From Actinomycetales bacterium (GTDB lineage Bacteria; Actinomycetota; Actinomycetes; Actinomycetales; JAHECE01), in assembly GCA_024641895.1 (NCBI GenBank), contig JAHECE010000001.1:1-42813 (forward strand): a DNA stretch of 42,813 nucleotides, given 5' to 3'. Positions 32,040 to 42,693 of the stretch are shown piece by piece. The position numbers and the translations under genes are program-made. The stretch's first letter is position 1. Every line of letters starts with the position of its first letter. Under the pieces are notes generated by a model that was given only the letters and a program-made list of their open reading frames with translations, made no database searches and was not told where the DNA came from.

Positions 32040-33285
32040 GGCGGCCTCGCCGTGCAACGACGGACAGGGAGCGGCGAAGGCTGCCGCGTCGGGCACCCAG
32101 CGCGTCCGCGGCGCCCGGCTCGTCGCGCGCGAAGGCCAGCACCATGCCGAGCACCGCCATGGTGGTGATGAGGGCCGAGCCCCCCGCCGACAGCAGAGGC
32201 AGGGGCACACCGATGACGGGGAGCACGCCGATCACCACTCCGATGTTCACGAGAGACTGGGTGAGGATCCAGGCCGCGGCGGCGCCCGTCGCGATCTTGA
32301 CGAACGGGTCGGGATGACGGGCGATCACCCGCGTGAGACCCACCGCCAGGGCCGCGAAGAGGATCAGCACGAGGAGGGTGCCGAGCAGACCGAGCTCCTC
32401 ACCGATGATCGCGAAGATGAAGTCGTTGTGCGCCTCGGGAAGGTACAGCCACTTCTCGCGCGAGGCGCCGAGCCCGACGCCGCTGATGCCGCCCGTGCCG
32501 AGGCCCCACAGCCCGTGGAGGGTCTGGAAGCCCTCCGCCTGCGTGTCGACCTCGCCGATCCGCAGGAACGCCAGCAGCCGTGCCATGCGGTTGGCGCTCG
32601 TGACCGTGAGGATCCCGACACCTAGAGCCGCGGCCCCGCCGGCGATCGAGAACATCCACATCGGGACGCCGGCGACGTACAGGGCGCCGGCGACGAGCGC
32701 GATCATGATCAGCACCGAGCCGAGGTCCCTGCCGTACAGGACGAGCCCCAGAGCGGCGACCGCGACGAGGACGCCGGGGACGAGGACGTGCCGGGGGTCG
32801 TTGAGCAGGGGGCGTTTCGCTGCGAGCACGGCTGCCAGCCAGACCACGAGGGCGACCTTGACGAACTCCGAGGGCTGGAACGTCTGGCCGAGCCCGGGGA
32901 TCGCCACCCAGCTCTTGTTGCCGTTCTTGCCGACCGCGAGCGGCGTGAAGATCAGCAGCTGGAGGCCGAACGCCATGATCAGGCCGGGCCAGGCCGCCCT
33001 GCGGTAGAAGCGCACCGGCAGTCGCGCGGCCACGAGCATGATCGGCAGCCCGATGAGGGCGAACTGGGCCTGCTCGAGGAAGACCGCGTAGGGCGAGCCG
33101 GTCTGCCGGATCGACGAGATCGTCGACGACGAGAGCACCATCACGAGGCCGAGCAGCAGCAGGAGGGTCGTGACCCCCGCGATGAGGTAGTAGCTGGTGA
33201 CCGGCGACGACCAGCCGCCGAGTCTGTCGGTGACGCGCTCCGCCGTGGACGTCCGCCCGCGGGTCGGCGCCTCGATCGTGGCCAT
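32032..33285 (-). CDS. ftsW: SEDS-family peptidoglycan glycosyltransferase FtsW
   Basis: Track ORF 32032..33285. Polytopic membrane protein containing FQPSEF, EAHNDFIFAIIGEELG and PLPLLSAGGS. Confidence 0.95.
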   Translation of the reverse strand: MATIEAPTRGRTSTAERVTDRLGGWSSPVTSYYLIAGVTTLLLLLGLVMVLSSSTISSIRQTGSPYAVFLEQAQFALIGLPIMLVAARLPVRFYRRAAWPGLIMAFGLQLLIFTPLAVGKNGNKSWVAIPGLGQTFQPSEFVKVALVVWLAAVLAAKRPLLNDPRHVLVPGVLVAVAALGLVLYGRDLGSVLIMIALVAGALYVAGVPMWMFSIAGGAAALGVGILTVTSANRMARLLAFLRIGEVDTQAEGFQTLHGLWGLGTGGISGVGLGASREKWLYLPEAHNDFIFAIIGEELGLLGTLLVLILFAALAVGLTRVIARHPDPFVKIATGAAAAWILTQSLVNIGVVIGVLPVIGVPLPLLSAGGSALITTMAVLGMVLAFARDEPGAADALGARRGSLRRSLSVVARRGRRG

Positions 33286-33288
33286 GTC

Positions 33289-34758
33289 TCAGCCCTCCAG
33301 AGCCCGCGCCGCCCGCGCGAAGGAGTCGCCCCGCTCCGCATACGAGCGGAACTGGTCCATCGAGGCGCAGGCCGGAGCCAGCAGGACGGTGTCGCCGGGC
33401 CGTGCCAGGCGTGCGGCTGCTCGGACGGCGCTCGTCATCACGTCCTCAGTGTCGCCAGGCGTCACCTCGACGACCGGCACATCCGGTGCGTGTCGCGCGA
33501 GAGCCTCGAGCATCGGCCGGCGGTCCAGCCCGATGAGCACGACCGCGTGCAGGCGGTCGACGCGAGCGAGGACGAGGTCCTCGAACCTCGCCCCCTTGGC
33601 GAGCCCACCGGCGATCCAGACGACCCGGCCCGCGGGGACGGACGCGAGCGAGGCGGCGGCGGCGTGTGCGTTGGTCGCCTTCGAGTCGTCGACGTAGGCC
33701 ACCCCGGCATGCCTTGCCACGAGCTCGATGCGGTGCCCGCCGGCACGGTAGTCGCGCAGGCCCTGAGCGACGGCGCCGGGCTCGACGCCGTGCGCCCGGG
33801 CCAGGGCGGCCGCCGTCAGCGCGTCGACGACGACGTGCCCGGGCAGCGCGCCGACGTCGCCCGCGGCGAGGTGGGCAAGGTCACCGAGATCGGCCAGGGG
33901 AACGGCGTGGGTCTGTCGTTGTTCGAGGAAGGCGCGGTCGCAGAGCAGGCCGTCGACGACGCCCAGCTGACCGACCGCCGGCGCGCCGGCCGTGATGCCG
34001 ACGGCGCGCGCGCCATCCTGCACGTCGGCCTGCTCGACCATCTCCCGGGTCGCGGGGTCGGCCACTGCGTAGACGCAGGCCCGCTCCGTCCGGTCGAAGA
34101 CCTTGGCCTTGGCCGCCCAGTACGCCTCGTACGAACCGTGCCAGTCGATGTGGTCCGGGGCGATGTTGAGGCAGGCACTCGCTCGCGGGGCGAGCGAGTG
34201 GGACAGGTGGAGCTGGAAGCTGGAGAGCTCGACCGCCAGCGCGTCGACCGCCCCTTCGAGGGCGACAGCGCTGACCGGCTCGCCGACGTTGCCTACCGCC
34301 GGGGCACGCAGCCCCGCGGCCGTGAGGATCGAGCTCAGCATGCCGACGGTGGTCGTCTTGCCGTTGGTGCCCGTCAGGGTGAGCCACGGCAGGTCGGCCG
34401 GCTCGGCCTCCTGCACCCGCCACGCGAGCTCGACCTCGCTCCAGCACGGCACGCCCATGGCAAGGGCCCGCTGCAGCACCGGCAGGTCCGGCCGCAGGCC
34501 CGGTGAGGCGACCACGATGTCGGGGCGCCGCGTTCGACCTGCGAGAGCCACCTCGGCGAAGGCCTCGGCGCCGACCGCGGCGCGGCGCTCGACCCCCGCG
34601 GGCAGCTCGGCGCGCTCCACCGCCTCCGCGCTCGCGTCCACCGCGAGCACCCGGGCGCCGACGGAGTGCAGCACCCGGGCGGCCGAGATGCCGGACGTCC
34701 CCAGCCCTGCGACCACGACGAAAGCCCCGGCGAGCGCGGCGCGCTCGGAGCGGCTCAT
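33289..34758 (-). CDS. murD: UDP-N-acetylmuramoylalanine--D-glutamate ligase MurD
   Basis: ATG at 34758 is codon 5 of track ORF 33289..34770 and forms an ATGA overlap with the mraY stop. Contains [11 protein letters not shown] and DDSKATN. Confidence 0.93.
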   Translation of the reverse strand: MSRSERAALAGAFVVVAGLGTSGISAARVLHSVGARVLAVDASAEAVERAELPAGVERRAAVGAEAFAEVALAGRTRRPDIVVASPGLRPDLPVLQRALAMGVPCWSEVELAWRVQEAEPADLPWLTLTGTNGKTTTVGMLSSILTAAGLRAPAVGNVGEPVSAVALEGAVDALAVELSSFQLHLSHSLAPRASACLNIAPDHIDWHGSYEAYWAAKAKVFDRTERACVYAVADPATREMVEQADVQDGARAVGITAGAPAVGQLGVVDGLLCDRAFLEQRQTHAVPLADLGDLAHLAAGDVGALPGHVVVDALTAAALARAHGVEPGAVAQGLRDYRAGGHRIELVARHAGVAYVDDSKATNAHAAAASLASVPAGRVVWIAGGLAKGARFEDLVLARVDRLHAVVLIGLDRRPMLEALARHAPDVPVVEVTPGDTEDVMTSAVRAAARLARPGDTVLLAPACASMDQFRSYAERGDSFARAARALEG

Positions 34759-35837
34759 CCGACGACCCACTCCGCGTAGAAGATGCCGAGACCACCTGCG
34801 ACGAACAGGCCGGCGATGATCCAGAACCGGATGACGATCGTCACCTCACCCCAGCCGATGAGCTCGAAGTGATGGTGCAGCGGCGCCATCTTGAAGACCC
34901 GTCTGCCCGTCATCTTGAAGAAGCCGATCTGGATGATGTCCGAGAGCACGATGATCACGAAGAGGCCGCCGATGACGACGGCGAGGATCTCCGTGCGGGT
35001 GAGGATGGTCATGCCGGCCAGGGCTCCGCCGAGGGCGAGGGAGCCGGTGTCACCCATGAAGATCCGCGCCGGCGAGGCGTTCCACCAGAGGAACCCGAAG
35101 GCCGCGCCCGCGATCGCGGCAGAGACGATGGCCAGCTCTCGCGGGTCGCGTACCTCGTAGCACCGGGGCCCGGCCGTGGAGAGGTTCTGACAGTTCTGGT
35201 TCGACTGCCAGATCAGCACGATGACGTAGGCGCCGTAGACCATCGTCGACGCGCCGGTCGCGAGCCCGTCGAGCCCGTCGGTGAGGTTCACGGCGTTCGA
35301 CCAGGCGGTGATGAGGAAGTTCGCCCAGAGCACGAAGAGCACGAGCCCGAGCCCGACGCCGGCGAAGGCGAGATCGATCCCTGTGTCACGCAGCAGGGAG
35401 ATCTGCGTGGACGCCGGAGTACGGAGGTTCTCGTTGGGGAACTGCAGCACGAGCACGGAGAACGCGATACCGACGACGCCCTGACCGACCATCTTCCAGC
35501 GGGCGCTGAGGCCGAGGGATCGCTGCCTGCTGATCTTGATGAAGTCGTCGAGGAAGCCGACGAGGCCGAGCCCGATCATGAGGAAGAGCAGGAGCAGGCC
35601 CGAGGCACGCGGGAGGCGTCCGGCCACGATCGTCGCCGCGAGGTAGCCGAGGACCGTCGCCCCGATGATGACGACGCCGCCCATCGTCGGCGTCCCGCGC
35701 TTGGTGAGGTGCGCCGTCGGGCCGTCCTGACGGATGAACTGGCCGTACTGCCGCTTGACGAGGAACCTGATGAACAACGGGGTGCCCAGCAGCGACACCA
35801 GCATCGCCACGGCGGCGCCGACCAGGACAGCGGTCAT
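34755..35837 (-). CDS. mraY: phospho-N-acetylmuramoyl-pentapeptide transferase MraY
   Basis: Track ORF 34755..35837. Contains [18 protein letters not shown] and [15 protein letters not shown] overlap with murF. Confidence 0.96.
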   Translation of the reverse strand: MTAVLVGAAVAMLVSLLGTPLFIRFLVKRQYGQFIRQDGPTAHLTKRGTPTMGGVVIIGATVLGYLAATIVAGRLPRASGLLLLFLMIGLGLVGFLDDFIKISRQRSLGLSARWKMVGQGVVGIAFSVLVLQFPNENLRTPASTQISLLRDTGIDLAFAGVGLGLVLFVLWANFLITAWSNAVNLTDGLDGLATGASTMVYGAYVIVLIWQSNQNCQNLSTAGPRCYEVRDPRELAIVSAAIAGAAFGFLWWNASPARIFMGDTGSLALGGALAGMTILTRTEILAVVIGGLFVIIVLSDIIQIGFFKMTGRRVFKMAPLHHHFELIGWGEVTIVIRFWIIAGLFVAGGLGIFYAEWVVG

Positions 35838-37228
35838 CGATCGGTTCCCGAGAGCGAGTCGCCGAGTCGCCAGAGGCCCGAGCCGTGGGAGGACTTGACC
35901 AGCACGACGTCGCCCGGCTCCAGCTCCTTCTCGAGGAGCCTCGCCGCGCTCTCGACGCTGTCGACCTGGCTGACCTCGGCCGCAGTCACGCCCTCGTGGG
36001 CACCGCTACGGATGGCGCTGGCGCCCTCGCCGACGACGACGAGCCGGTCGATCTCCAGCTGGACGGCCAGCGCACCGACGTCGCGGTGGGCCTGGGCAGA
36101 GTCCTCGCCGAGCTCGAGCATCTCCCCGAGGACGGCGACGCTGCGGCGACCGGCGCCGGACATCGCCGCGAGCGCCTTGAGGGCGGCCCGCATCGAGTCC
36201 GGGTTGGCGTTGTAGGCGTCATCGATGATCGTGACGCCGTCCGAACGCTCCACGACCGCCATCCGGTGGGGGCTGATCGCCCGAGCGGACCCGATGGCTC
36301 CGGCAACCGCCGCGGCGGGCATGCCGAGAGCGATCGCCGCCGAGGCGACGGCTAGCCCGTTGGAGACGTGGTGCTCGCCGACGACGAGGAGCGCCAGCGG
36401 GTGCCGCTCCCCTTGCGCGTGCAGCGTGAACCGGGCCCGGCCGCCTGGGTCGAGCTCGACGTCGACGGCCCGGACGTGCGCCCCGTCGCCCGCGCCGAAC
36501 AGGACGACCTCGGCCGGTGCGTGCGCCGCCATCTCGACCACCCGCGGGTCGTCGGCATTGAGGACGGCCGTGCCGGTCGGGCGCAGGCCCTCGACGATCT
36601 CCCGCTTGGCCTGCGCCACGGCCTCGATACCGCCGAACTCCCCCAGGTGGGCATGGCCGACCATGAGCACCACCGCCACGTCGAGGGGCGCGATGCGCGT
36701 GAGGTAGTCGATGTGGCCGATGCCGCTCGCGCCCATCTCGAGGACGAGGTAGCGCGTCGAGGCCGACGCCCGCAGGACCGTCAGCGGCAGTCCGATCTCG
36801 TTGTTGAACGACTCCACCGGTGCGATCGTCTCGCCGTAGGTGGCGAGGACCTGGCCCAGGAGGTCCTTCGTCGAGGTCTTGCCGACGGAACCCGTGATGC
36901 CGACCACCTGGATCGGGCCGGTCTCGCGGAGCCGGGCCAGCACGACCCGGGCGAGCTCACCCAGCGCCTCGACGGTGTCCGCGACCACGACGTGCGGCCC
37001 CTCGACCGGCCGCGAGACCAGCGCTAGCGAGGCGCCCCTGCCGAGTGCGGAGCCGACGTAGTCGTGGCCGTCCGCGCTCTCCCCCGCGATCGCGACGAAG
37101 AGCGAGCCCGGGACCGCCAGGCGGGAGTCGATGACAGCGTCGGCGCTGACGATCGTCTCGGCCGAGGTGCCGTCACCCAGTCGGCCTCCGGTCGCTTCTG
37201 CGACCTCCTGTGCCGTCAGGGGGATCAT
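35834..37228 (-). CDS. murF: UDP-MurNAc-tripeptide--D-alanyl-D-alanine ligase MurF
   Basis: Track ORF 35834..37228. Contains [13 protein letters not shown] and DAYNANP. ATGA overlap with murE. Confidence 0.95.
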   Translation of the reverse strand: MIPLTAQEVAEATGGRLGDGTSAETIVSADAVIDSRLAVPGSLFVAIAGESADGHDYVGSALGRGASLALVSRPVEGPHVVVADTVEALGELARVVLARLRETGPIQVVGITGSVGKTSTKDLLGQVLATYGETIAPVESFNNEIGLPLTVLRASASTRYLVLEMGASGIGHIDYLTRIAPLDVAVVLMVGHAHLGEFGGIEAVAQAKREIVEGLRPTGTAVLNADDPRVVEMAAHAPAEVVLFGAGDGAHVRAVDVELDPGGRARFTLHAQGERHPLALLVVGEHHVSNGLAVASAAIALGMPAAAVAGAIGSARAISPHRMAVVERSDGVTIIDDAYNANPDSMRAALKALAAMSGAGRRSVAVLGEMLELGEDSAQAHRDVGALAVQLEIDRLVVVGEGASAIRSGAHEGVTAAEVSQVDSVESAARLLEKELEPGDVVLVKSSHGSGLWRLGDSLSGTDR

Positions 37229-38820
37229 GCGCCGTCCCAGCGGCGGGCGAGTGCCTCACGCAACGCGGGCCGGTCGTTGTAGCGGTGGAACACGCCTGCG
37301 ATCTCCTGCGTCGGTTCATGGCCCTTGCCGGTAACGATGATCGTGTCCGCCTCCTCCGCAAGCTCGACGGCGCGCCGGAGCGCGTCGACCCGGCTCTCAG
37401 CCTCGTGGACGTCCGCCATCTGCGCACCTCGAACCTCACGCACGCCGTCGAGGATCTGGGCGCGGATCGCCGCCGGGTCCTCCGAGCGCGGGTTCTCGTC
37501 GGTGACGACGACCACGTCGGCCTGCCGCGCGGCGATCGCGCCCATGATCGGCCGCTTGCCCTGATCGCGGTCACCGTCCGAGCCGAAGACAAGGATCAGC
37601 CGGCCGGGGGTGATCGGACGCACGGCTGCCAGGGCGAGCTCGAGGGCGTCCGGGGTGTGGGCGTAGTCGACGATGGCGAGCGGCCGGCCACCGCCCCGCT
37701 CACCGACACGCTCCATGCGCCCGGGAACCCCGGTCATCCCGGCGACGCCGCGCACGGCGTCGCCGAGCGGGATGCCGGCCCGGTAAGCCATGACGATCGC
37801 CAGGGCGGCGTTCGAGACGTTGACGCGACCGGGCAGGGGGCACGAGGCCTCGACGACCTCGCCGTCGGGTCCTGACAGGGTGAAGGTGCTCGCGACGCCG
37901 TCGAGACCGACGCGGACGTCGGAGACGACCCAGTCGGCCGGGGCGTCGCCGTCGCGCGTACGGACCCGGTCGACCGGCACGGCGCTCTCCCGCCCGAGCT
38001 GCTGCGCCCACTCGTCGTCGACGCACACCACGCCCTGCCGGGCATGCTCCGGGGTGAAGAGCAGCGACTTGTCGCGGAAGTAGCCCGCCATGTCGCCGTG
38101 GAAGTCGAGGTGGTCACGGGTGAGGTTGGTGAAGCCGGCCACGTCGACCCGCAGGCCGTCCACGCGGTGCAGCGCAAGCGCGTGGGACGAGACCTCGAGC
38201 GAGACGACGCCGACCCCGTGCTCCACCGCGAGGGCGAGCAGCCGATGGAGCACCGGCGCCTCGACCGTGGTGCGCGGGCTCTCGACGGTCAGGTCGCCGA
38301 TCCGCAGCTCCACGGTGCCGAGCACGGCGCTGGTCGCGTGCGCCGTGCGCAAGGCGGCGTCCAGGAGGTAGCTCGTCGTGGTCTTGCCGTTGGTGCCCGT
38401 GACGCCGACGACGACCAGCTTGTCGGCTGGGTTGCCGTACACACGTGCCGCAAGAGGGCCGACGACCGCGCGCGGATCGTCGCAGACGAGGATCGGCACC
38501 TCGGGAGCGCCCGGGGCAAGCGCCTGGGCCTCCCGAATCACCGCGGCGCCCGACTCGTCCGTGAGCACAGCCACCGCGCCGGCCGCGACCGCGTCGGGTG
38601 CGAACCGTGCACCGTGCACCCTCGCACCGGGCAGCGCGGCGAAGATCTCACCGGGCGCGACGTCGTTGCTGGCCATGGTCACCCCGGTGACAACCGGGAG
38701 CACGCCGGCGGCGTCGCCGGCACCCGTTGCCCCGATCGCCAGGCCGAACTCGTCGGCGAGGGCGTCGATGCGGACCGGCTCGACGCTGGCTGGTCGCAGC
38801 TGCGCGAGCAGAGTGGTCAC
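37225..38820 (-). CDS. murE: UDP-MurNAc-L-Ala-D-Glu--diamino acid ligase MurE (position-3 amino acid not assigned)
   Basis: Track ORF 37225..38820. Contains [23 protein letters not shown] and DENPR at the position of the DNPR specificity motif. Confidence 0.94.
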   Translation of the reverse strand: MTTLLAQLRPASVEPVRIDALADEFGLAIGATGAGDAAGVLPVVTGVTMASNDVAPGEIFAALPGARVHGARFAPDAVAAGAVAVLTDESGAAVIREAQALAPGAPEVPILVCDDPRAVVGPLAARVYGNPADKLVVVGVTGTNGKTTTSYLLDAALRTAHATSAVLGTVELRIGDLTVESPRTTVEAPVLHRLLALAVEHGVGVVSLEVSSHALALHRVDGLRVDVAGFTNLTRDHLDFHGDMAGYFRDKSLLFTPEHARQGVVCVDDEWAQQLGRESAVPVDRVRTRDGDAPADWVVSDVRVGLDGVASTFTLSGPDGEVVEASCPLPGRVNVSNAALAIVMAYRAGIPLGDAVRGVAGMTGVPGRMERVGERGGGRPLAIVDYAHTPDALELALAAVRPITPGRLILVFGSDGDRDQGKRPIMGAIAARQADVVVVTDENPRSEDPAAIRAQILDGVREVRGAQMADVHEAESRVDALRRAVELAEEADTIIVTGKGHEPTQEIAGVFHRYNDRPALREALARRWDGA

Positions 38821-38856
38821 GTCGTCAGAACCTACCCGTTCGTCGTCCCGCCACGA

Positions 38857-40635
38857 TCAGTTCGTCGCAGGCTCGTCGTCGGCGTTCAACGGGTACGGGT
38901 CCGGCTCGGTCGTGCTGGGTGCCACCCCGAGGCTCTGGAGCGCAAAGGCGGCGACGTCGTGGAAGATCGGGGCGGCGATCGTGCCCCCGAAGAACCCGCT
39001 GGTCGGCTTGTACACCACGACGCCCACGGCGATCTTCGGCGCCTCGGCGGGAGCGACGCCCACGAAGGACGCAACGGTCGCCGAAAGGCCGCCGGCGCCG
39101 TCGGCCGTCTGAGCCGTTCCCGTCTTGCCGGCCACTCGGTAGCCGTTGATCGCGGCACGCTTCCCGGTGCCGTCCTCGACCACGCTCTCCATCATGCGGA
39201 TCATCTCCCGGGACGTCTCCTGGCTCACGACCTGGGTCTGCTCACCCGGCGGAACCGGGCGGTAGCGCCCGCCGGGCTCCGTGAAGCCGTCCACCAACCG
39301 GGGTGTCACGTGCACGCCCCCGTTGCCGAGCGTCGCCATGATCCCGGTGTTCTGAACGAGGTTCACCGCCAGGCCCTGGCCGAACATCATCGTGTAGCGC
39401 ATGCGTCCGTCCTGGTCCTCGGGCGCGTGCAGGATGCCGGCGCTCTCGCCGGCCAGGCCCAGGTCGGTGCGCTCGCCGAGGCCGAAGCGTCGCAGGTAGT
39501 CGTACCGCGTCTGCGCGGTCATCAGCTGACCGATCTGCACCGTTCCGGTGTTGGAGGAGTCCGCCAGGATGCCCGTCGTCGTCAGGCGCCAGGTGGCGTG
39601 CGGAGTGTGGTCGGTGATGAGCTGACCGTTCTCGGTCCGGTACTGGTAGGGCACCGTGAACAGGGTCGTCGGCGTGATGAGGCCCTCTTCGAGTGCCGAC
39701 GCGAGCGTCGCGACCTTGCCGGTCGAGCCCGGCTCGTAGACGTTCTGGACGGCCCGGCTGCCGCGCGCGCCCTCGGGGCTGGCCCCGGGGTCGTTCGGGT
39801 CCACCGCGCCGGAGTCCGCGAGGGCGAGGATCCGACCGGTGCTGACCTCGATGACGGCCGCGGCCGCCCACTGGGCGCCGTACCGGGCGACCGTCGCGTC
39901 GACCGCCTGCTGCGCGGTCCACTGGAGGTCACGCATGATCGTCAGGTGCACGTCGGTGCCGGGAAGCGCGTCGGTACGGGACTGCTGCCCGGTCGGGATG
40001 ACCTGCCCGGCGCTGCCGATCTCGACGGTCCTGGCACCGGGGGTACCCGTGAGCAGGCCGTTGAGCGTGAGCTCGAGACCGGCCTGACCCTTGCCGTCCC
40101 GCCCCACGAAACCGACGATGTTCCCGGCCGTGTTGCCGGCCGGGTAGGCGCGATCACTCCGGTTCTCGGCGGTGACCCCGTTGATGCCGAAGGCCTTGAT
40201 CCGCTGCCAGATCTCAGGCGTGACGCCCTTGGCGAGGACGAGGTAGCCGCGCGTGCCTACGAGCTCGGCGCCCAGCTCTCGTTCGTCACGGCCGAGCAGC
40301 GGCGCCATGAGCCGGGCGGCAGCGACGGCGCCGTACTCCTTGTGGTCCGCGCCGTCCGGCTCGTACGTGAAGTCGGCGATCTGGCGCTGGTCGACGATGA
40401 CGTCGACCGTGAGGATCGACGTCGCCAGCACCACGCCCTCGGAGTCGAGGATCTCCCCGCGCGGGGCGTTGATGACGGAGGTGCGCAGCCTGCTCGTCTG
40501 CGCGGCCTCAGCAAGCGCGGGTCCATCGATGGCCTGGACGTAGACGAGCCGGAGGGCGAACACCACGAGGAGGGCGAGGACCAAGGCCAGCGCGAGGGTG
40601 TGGCGGCGCTGGGTCCGCCCGGTCGAGAGGTTCAC
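38857..40635 (-). CDS. ftsI: division-specific class B penicillin-binding protein FtsI (PBP3-like transpeptidase)
   Basis: GTG at 40635 is in frame with track ORF 38857..41076 and forms a GTGA overlap with the ftsL stop. TM anchor, then the STGK, SSN and KTGT motifs. Confidence 0.93.
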   Translation of the reverse strand: MNLSTGRTQRRHTLALALVLALLVVFALRLVYVQAIDGPALAEAAQTSRLRTSVINAPRGEILDSEGVVLATSILTVDVIVDQRQIADFTYEPDGADHKEYGAVAAARLMAPLLGRDERELGAELVGTRGYLVLAKGVTPEIWQRIKAFGINGVTAENRSDRAYPAGNTAGNIVGFVGRDGKGQAGLELTLNGLLTGTPGARTVEIGSAGQVIPTGQQSRTDALPGTDVHLTIMRDLQWTAQQAVDATVARYGAQWAAAAVIEVSTGRILALADSGAVDPNDPGASPEGARGSRAVQNVYEPGSTGKVATLASALEEGLITPTTLFTVPYQYRTENGQLITDHTPHATWRLTTTGILADSSNTGTVQIGQLMTAQTRYDYLRRFGLGERTDLGLAGESAGILHAPEDQDGRMRYTMMFGQGLAVNLVQNTGIMATLGNGGVHVTPRLVDGFTEPGGRYRPVPPGEQTQVVSQETSREMIRMMESVVEDGTGKRAAINGYRVAGKTGTAQTADGAGGLSATVASFVGVAPAEAPKIAVGVVVYKPTSGFFGGTIAAPIFHDVAAFALQSLGVAPSTTEPDPYPLNADDEPATN

Positions 40636-41069
40636 TCCGCCCTCGCGGGGACCGACTCGCCGATGATTGCGCCCTCCGTGAGGTTCAGGAACGCCGGCGC
40701 AGGCGCCGGGACCATCCCTAGGGCGCGAGCCCGCTCCGCCAGTGCCGGCGGAGACGACGCGACCTCGAGCAGCTGCGCCAGCTCCTGGTGGCGCTCGCTG
40801 AGACGGGCCAGCTCGATCTGCTTGTCCTGGATGTCGAACGAGGTCTGGGCCATCGCCGTGTTGAGGAGCAGTGCTCCCAGCAGGGCGCCGGTGAGCAGTG
40901 CCACGCAGAGCACGACAAAGGGAACGCGGGTCCGCGACTGTGCCGGTGGGCGCACGACTCGCAGGCGCCCCAGGGCGGCAGCGCGCCGAGCGAGGACCTC
41001 CTGCTGCCAGGACCGCGCCGACTCTGCCGGGCCCGGCCGGGCCGGCGCCCGCAGTGGCATGGCGCTCAT
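40632..41069 (-). CDS. ftsL: cell division protein FtsL (septum formation initiator-like)
   Basis: Track ORF 40632..41069. Single TM segment ([21 protein letters not shown]) followed by a coiled coil, in the conserved rsmH-ftsI position. ATGA overlap with rsmH. Confidence 0.8.
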   Translation of the reverse strand: MSAMPLRAPARPGPAESARSWQQEVLARRAAALGRLRVVRPPAQSRTRVPFVVLCVALLTGALLGALLLNTAMAQTSFDIQDKQIELARLSERHQELAQLLEVASSPPALAERARALGMVPAPAPAFLNLTEGAIIGESVPARAE

Positions 41070-42061
41070 GCTGCATTCCTCCGTCGATTGGCCGGGGTCT
41101 CCCGGATCCGTTCTGCTGCCCTGAGACGGACCGAGGCCGACCGAGGGTTTCGTGCGCGCTCTCCTTCGTCGGCCTCTTCGGCGCCGCGCGTCAGAAGCCG
41201 CAGGTAAGGCTCGTCGAAGGCGGGCACCACCGGCAGATCCGGCGGAGCGCTCGACGTCGCGCCCTCCGTCAGGACTCGCTTGACGGCGCGATCCTCCAGA
41301 GACTGGTAGGACTCCACGACGATTCGGCCGCCGACCGAGAGAACATCGACCGCACGGGGCAGTGCGCGCTCAAGGACGTCCAGCTCGGAGTTCACGGCGA
41401 TACGCAGCGCCTGGAACGTCCGCTTCGCCGGGTTGCCCCCCGTCCGGCGTGCGGCTGCGGGAACGGACGCCTTCACGATCTCCGCGAGCTCGGCGGTGCC
41501 GGTCAGTGGCGAGACCTGGCGACGCCGGACGATGGCGCCGGCGATCCGGGCGGCGAACCGCTCCTCCCCGTACTCGCGCAGGATGCGGCGCAGCTCGAAC
41601 TCGTCCGCTTTGGCCAGCAGCTCCGCGGCCGTCTGCCCGGCCGACTGGTCCATCCGCATGTCGAGCGGCGCGTCCTGGGAGTAGGAGAAGCCGCGCTCGA
41701 CCGCGTCGAGCTGCAGCGATGAGACCCCGAGGTCGAAGAGGACCGCTTGGACGCGGGCCCGGTCACCGAGCAGGCGGCGGACGACGTCGCCGATCTCGTC
41801 GTAGACGGCGTGGACGCCGGTGAACCTGGCACCGAACTGGGCGAGCCGGCGGCTCGCGAGCTCGAGGGCCTGCAGGTCGCGATCGATGCCGATCACCCGG
41901 GCGAGGGGGCACGCCTCGAGCACGAGCTCGCTGTGGCCGCCCAGGCCGAGCGTCGCGTCGATCATGACGCTCCCTGGCTCCGCGAGCGCGGGGGCGAGGA
42001 GCTCGAGGCAGCGGGCCGCCAGCACCGGGCGGTGCAGCTCTGCGGCGTCGTCGGCGCGCAC
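41066..42061 (-). CDS. rsmH: 16S rRNA (cytosine1402-N4)-methyltransferase RsmH (MraW)
   Basis: Track ORF 41066..42061. Contains [25 protein letters not shown] and ERGFSY. AAGGAG Shine-Dalgarno 5 nt upstream of the GTG. Confidence 0.95.
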   Translation of the reverse strand: MRADDAAELHRPVLAARCLELLAPALAEPGSVMIDATLGLGGHSELVLEACPLARVIGIDRDLQALELASRRLAQFGARFTGVHAVYDEIGDVVRRLLGDRARVQAVLFDLGVSSLQLDAVERGFSYSQDAPLDMRMDQSAGQTAAELLAKADEFELRRILREYGEERFAARIAGAIVRRRQVSPLTGTAELAEIVKASVPAAARRTGGNPAKRTFQALRIAVNSELDVLERALPRAVDVLSVGGRIVVESYQSLEDRAVKRVLTEGATSSAPPDLPVVPAFDEPYLRLLTRGAEEADEGERARNPRSASVRLRAAERIRETPANRRRNAA

Positions 42062-42231
42062 TCGATCTCCTTCCAGGGGTGGTCCGGTGGCCTGGACCGC
42101 CTGACCAGGACTCTCTCCGCTCTGCTCTGGCGCCGGGGAAGTGCGTCAGAGTCGCGGTGAGAGACCTCGCCCTACGGGACAGGTGCGGTGTCTCAGGTAC
42201 TCGTGCTGCTGGTGCTGCTGGTGCTGCTGGA
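42062..42231 (-). promoter_or_regulatory. 170-nt mraZ-rsmH spacer; candidate structured 5-prime leader of rsmH (mraW-motif-like)
   Basis: The minus-strand RNA has CCUGG (42109-42105), CCAGG (42096-92) and CCUGG (42078-74). These can form two mutually exclusive hairpins next to the AAGGAG Shine-Dalgarno. Further hairpins lie upstream. Confidence 0.3.
42203..42229. repeat. 9-bp tandem repeat GTGCTGCTG x3 immediately downstream of the mraZ stop
   Basis: Read directly: identical units at 42203, 42212 and 42221. Confidence 0.9.
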
Positions 42232-42663
42232 TCAGAAGATGCCTGGCATGACCTCCTCGGCGGTGTCGGCGAAGTCGGATTCCGCTCGCTCGAGGTAGGT
42301 CGCCCAGGCTCCCGAGTCCCAGATCTCGACCCGCGGGCCGATCCCGGTGACGGTCAGCTCGCGGTCGAGCCCGGCGTACGCGCGGAGCAGCGGTGGGATG
42401 GTGATGCGCCCCTGCTTGTCCGGGATCTCGTCGACCGCACCGGCGAGAAACACGCGCTGGTAGTCCCGCGCCTGCTTGCTCGTGACCGGGGCCTGCCGGA
42501 GCTGGGCGTACATGCTCTCGAACTCGCGCTGCGGGAAGGCGTAGAGGCAGCGCTCCTGACCCTTGGTGAGGACGAGGCCGGCGCTGAGCTCATCCCTGAA
42601 CTTCGCAGGCAGGATCAGCCGTCCCTTCTCGTCGAGGCGAGGCGAGTAGGTACCGAGGAACAC
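42232..42663 (-). CDS. mraZ: transcriptional regulator MraZ
   Basis: GTG at 42663 is codon 13 of track ORF 42232..42699, preceded by GGGAGGAGGTG. Begins [22 protein letters not shown] and has a second SpoVT/AbrB-like repeat [13 protein letters not shown]; 143 aa. Confidence 0.95.
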   Translation of the reverse strand: MFLGTYSPRLDEKGRLILPAKFRDELSAGLVLTKGQERCLYAFPQREFESMYAQLRQAPVTSKQARDYQRVFLAGAVDEIPDKQGRITIPPLLRAYAGLDRELTVTGIGPRVEIWDSGAWATYLERAESDFADTAEEVMPGIF

Positions 42664-42693
42664 TCCGCACCTCCTCCCGACCCCACCTAGTGC

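Noticed and set aside
38044-41124. 1026-aa plus-strand ORF spanning murE, ftsI and ftsL
   Set aside because: It is antisense to three well-supported genes. Its composition is low-complexity (R/G/D/V) with no domain signature. Stop codons are simply rare in this frame at this GC content.
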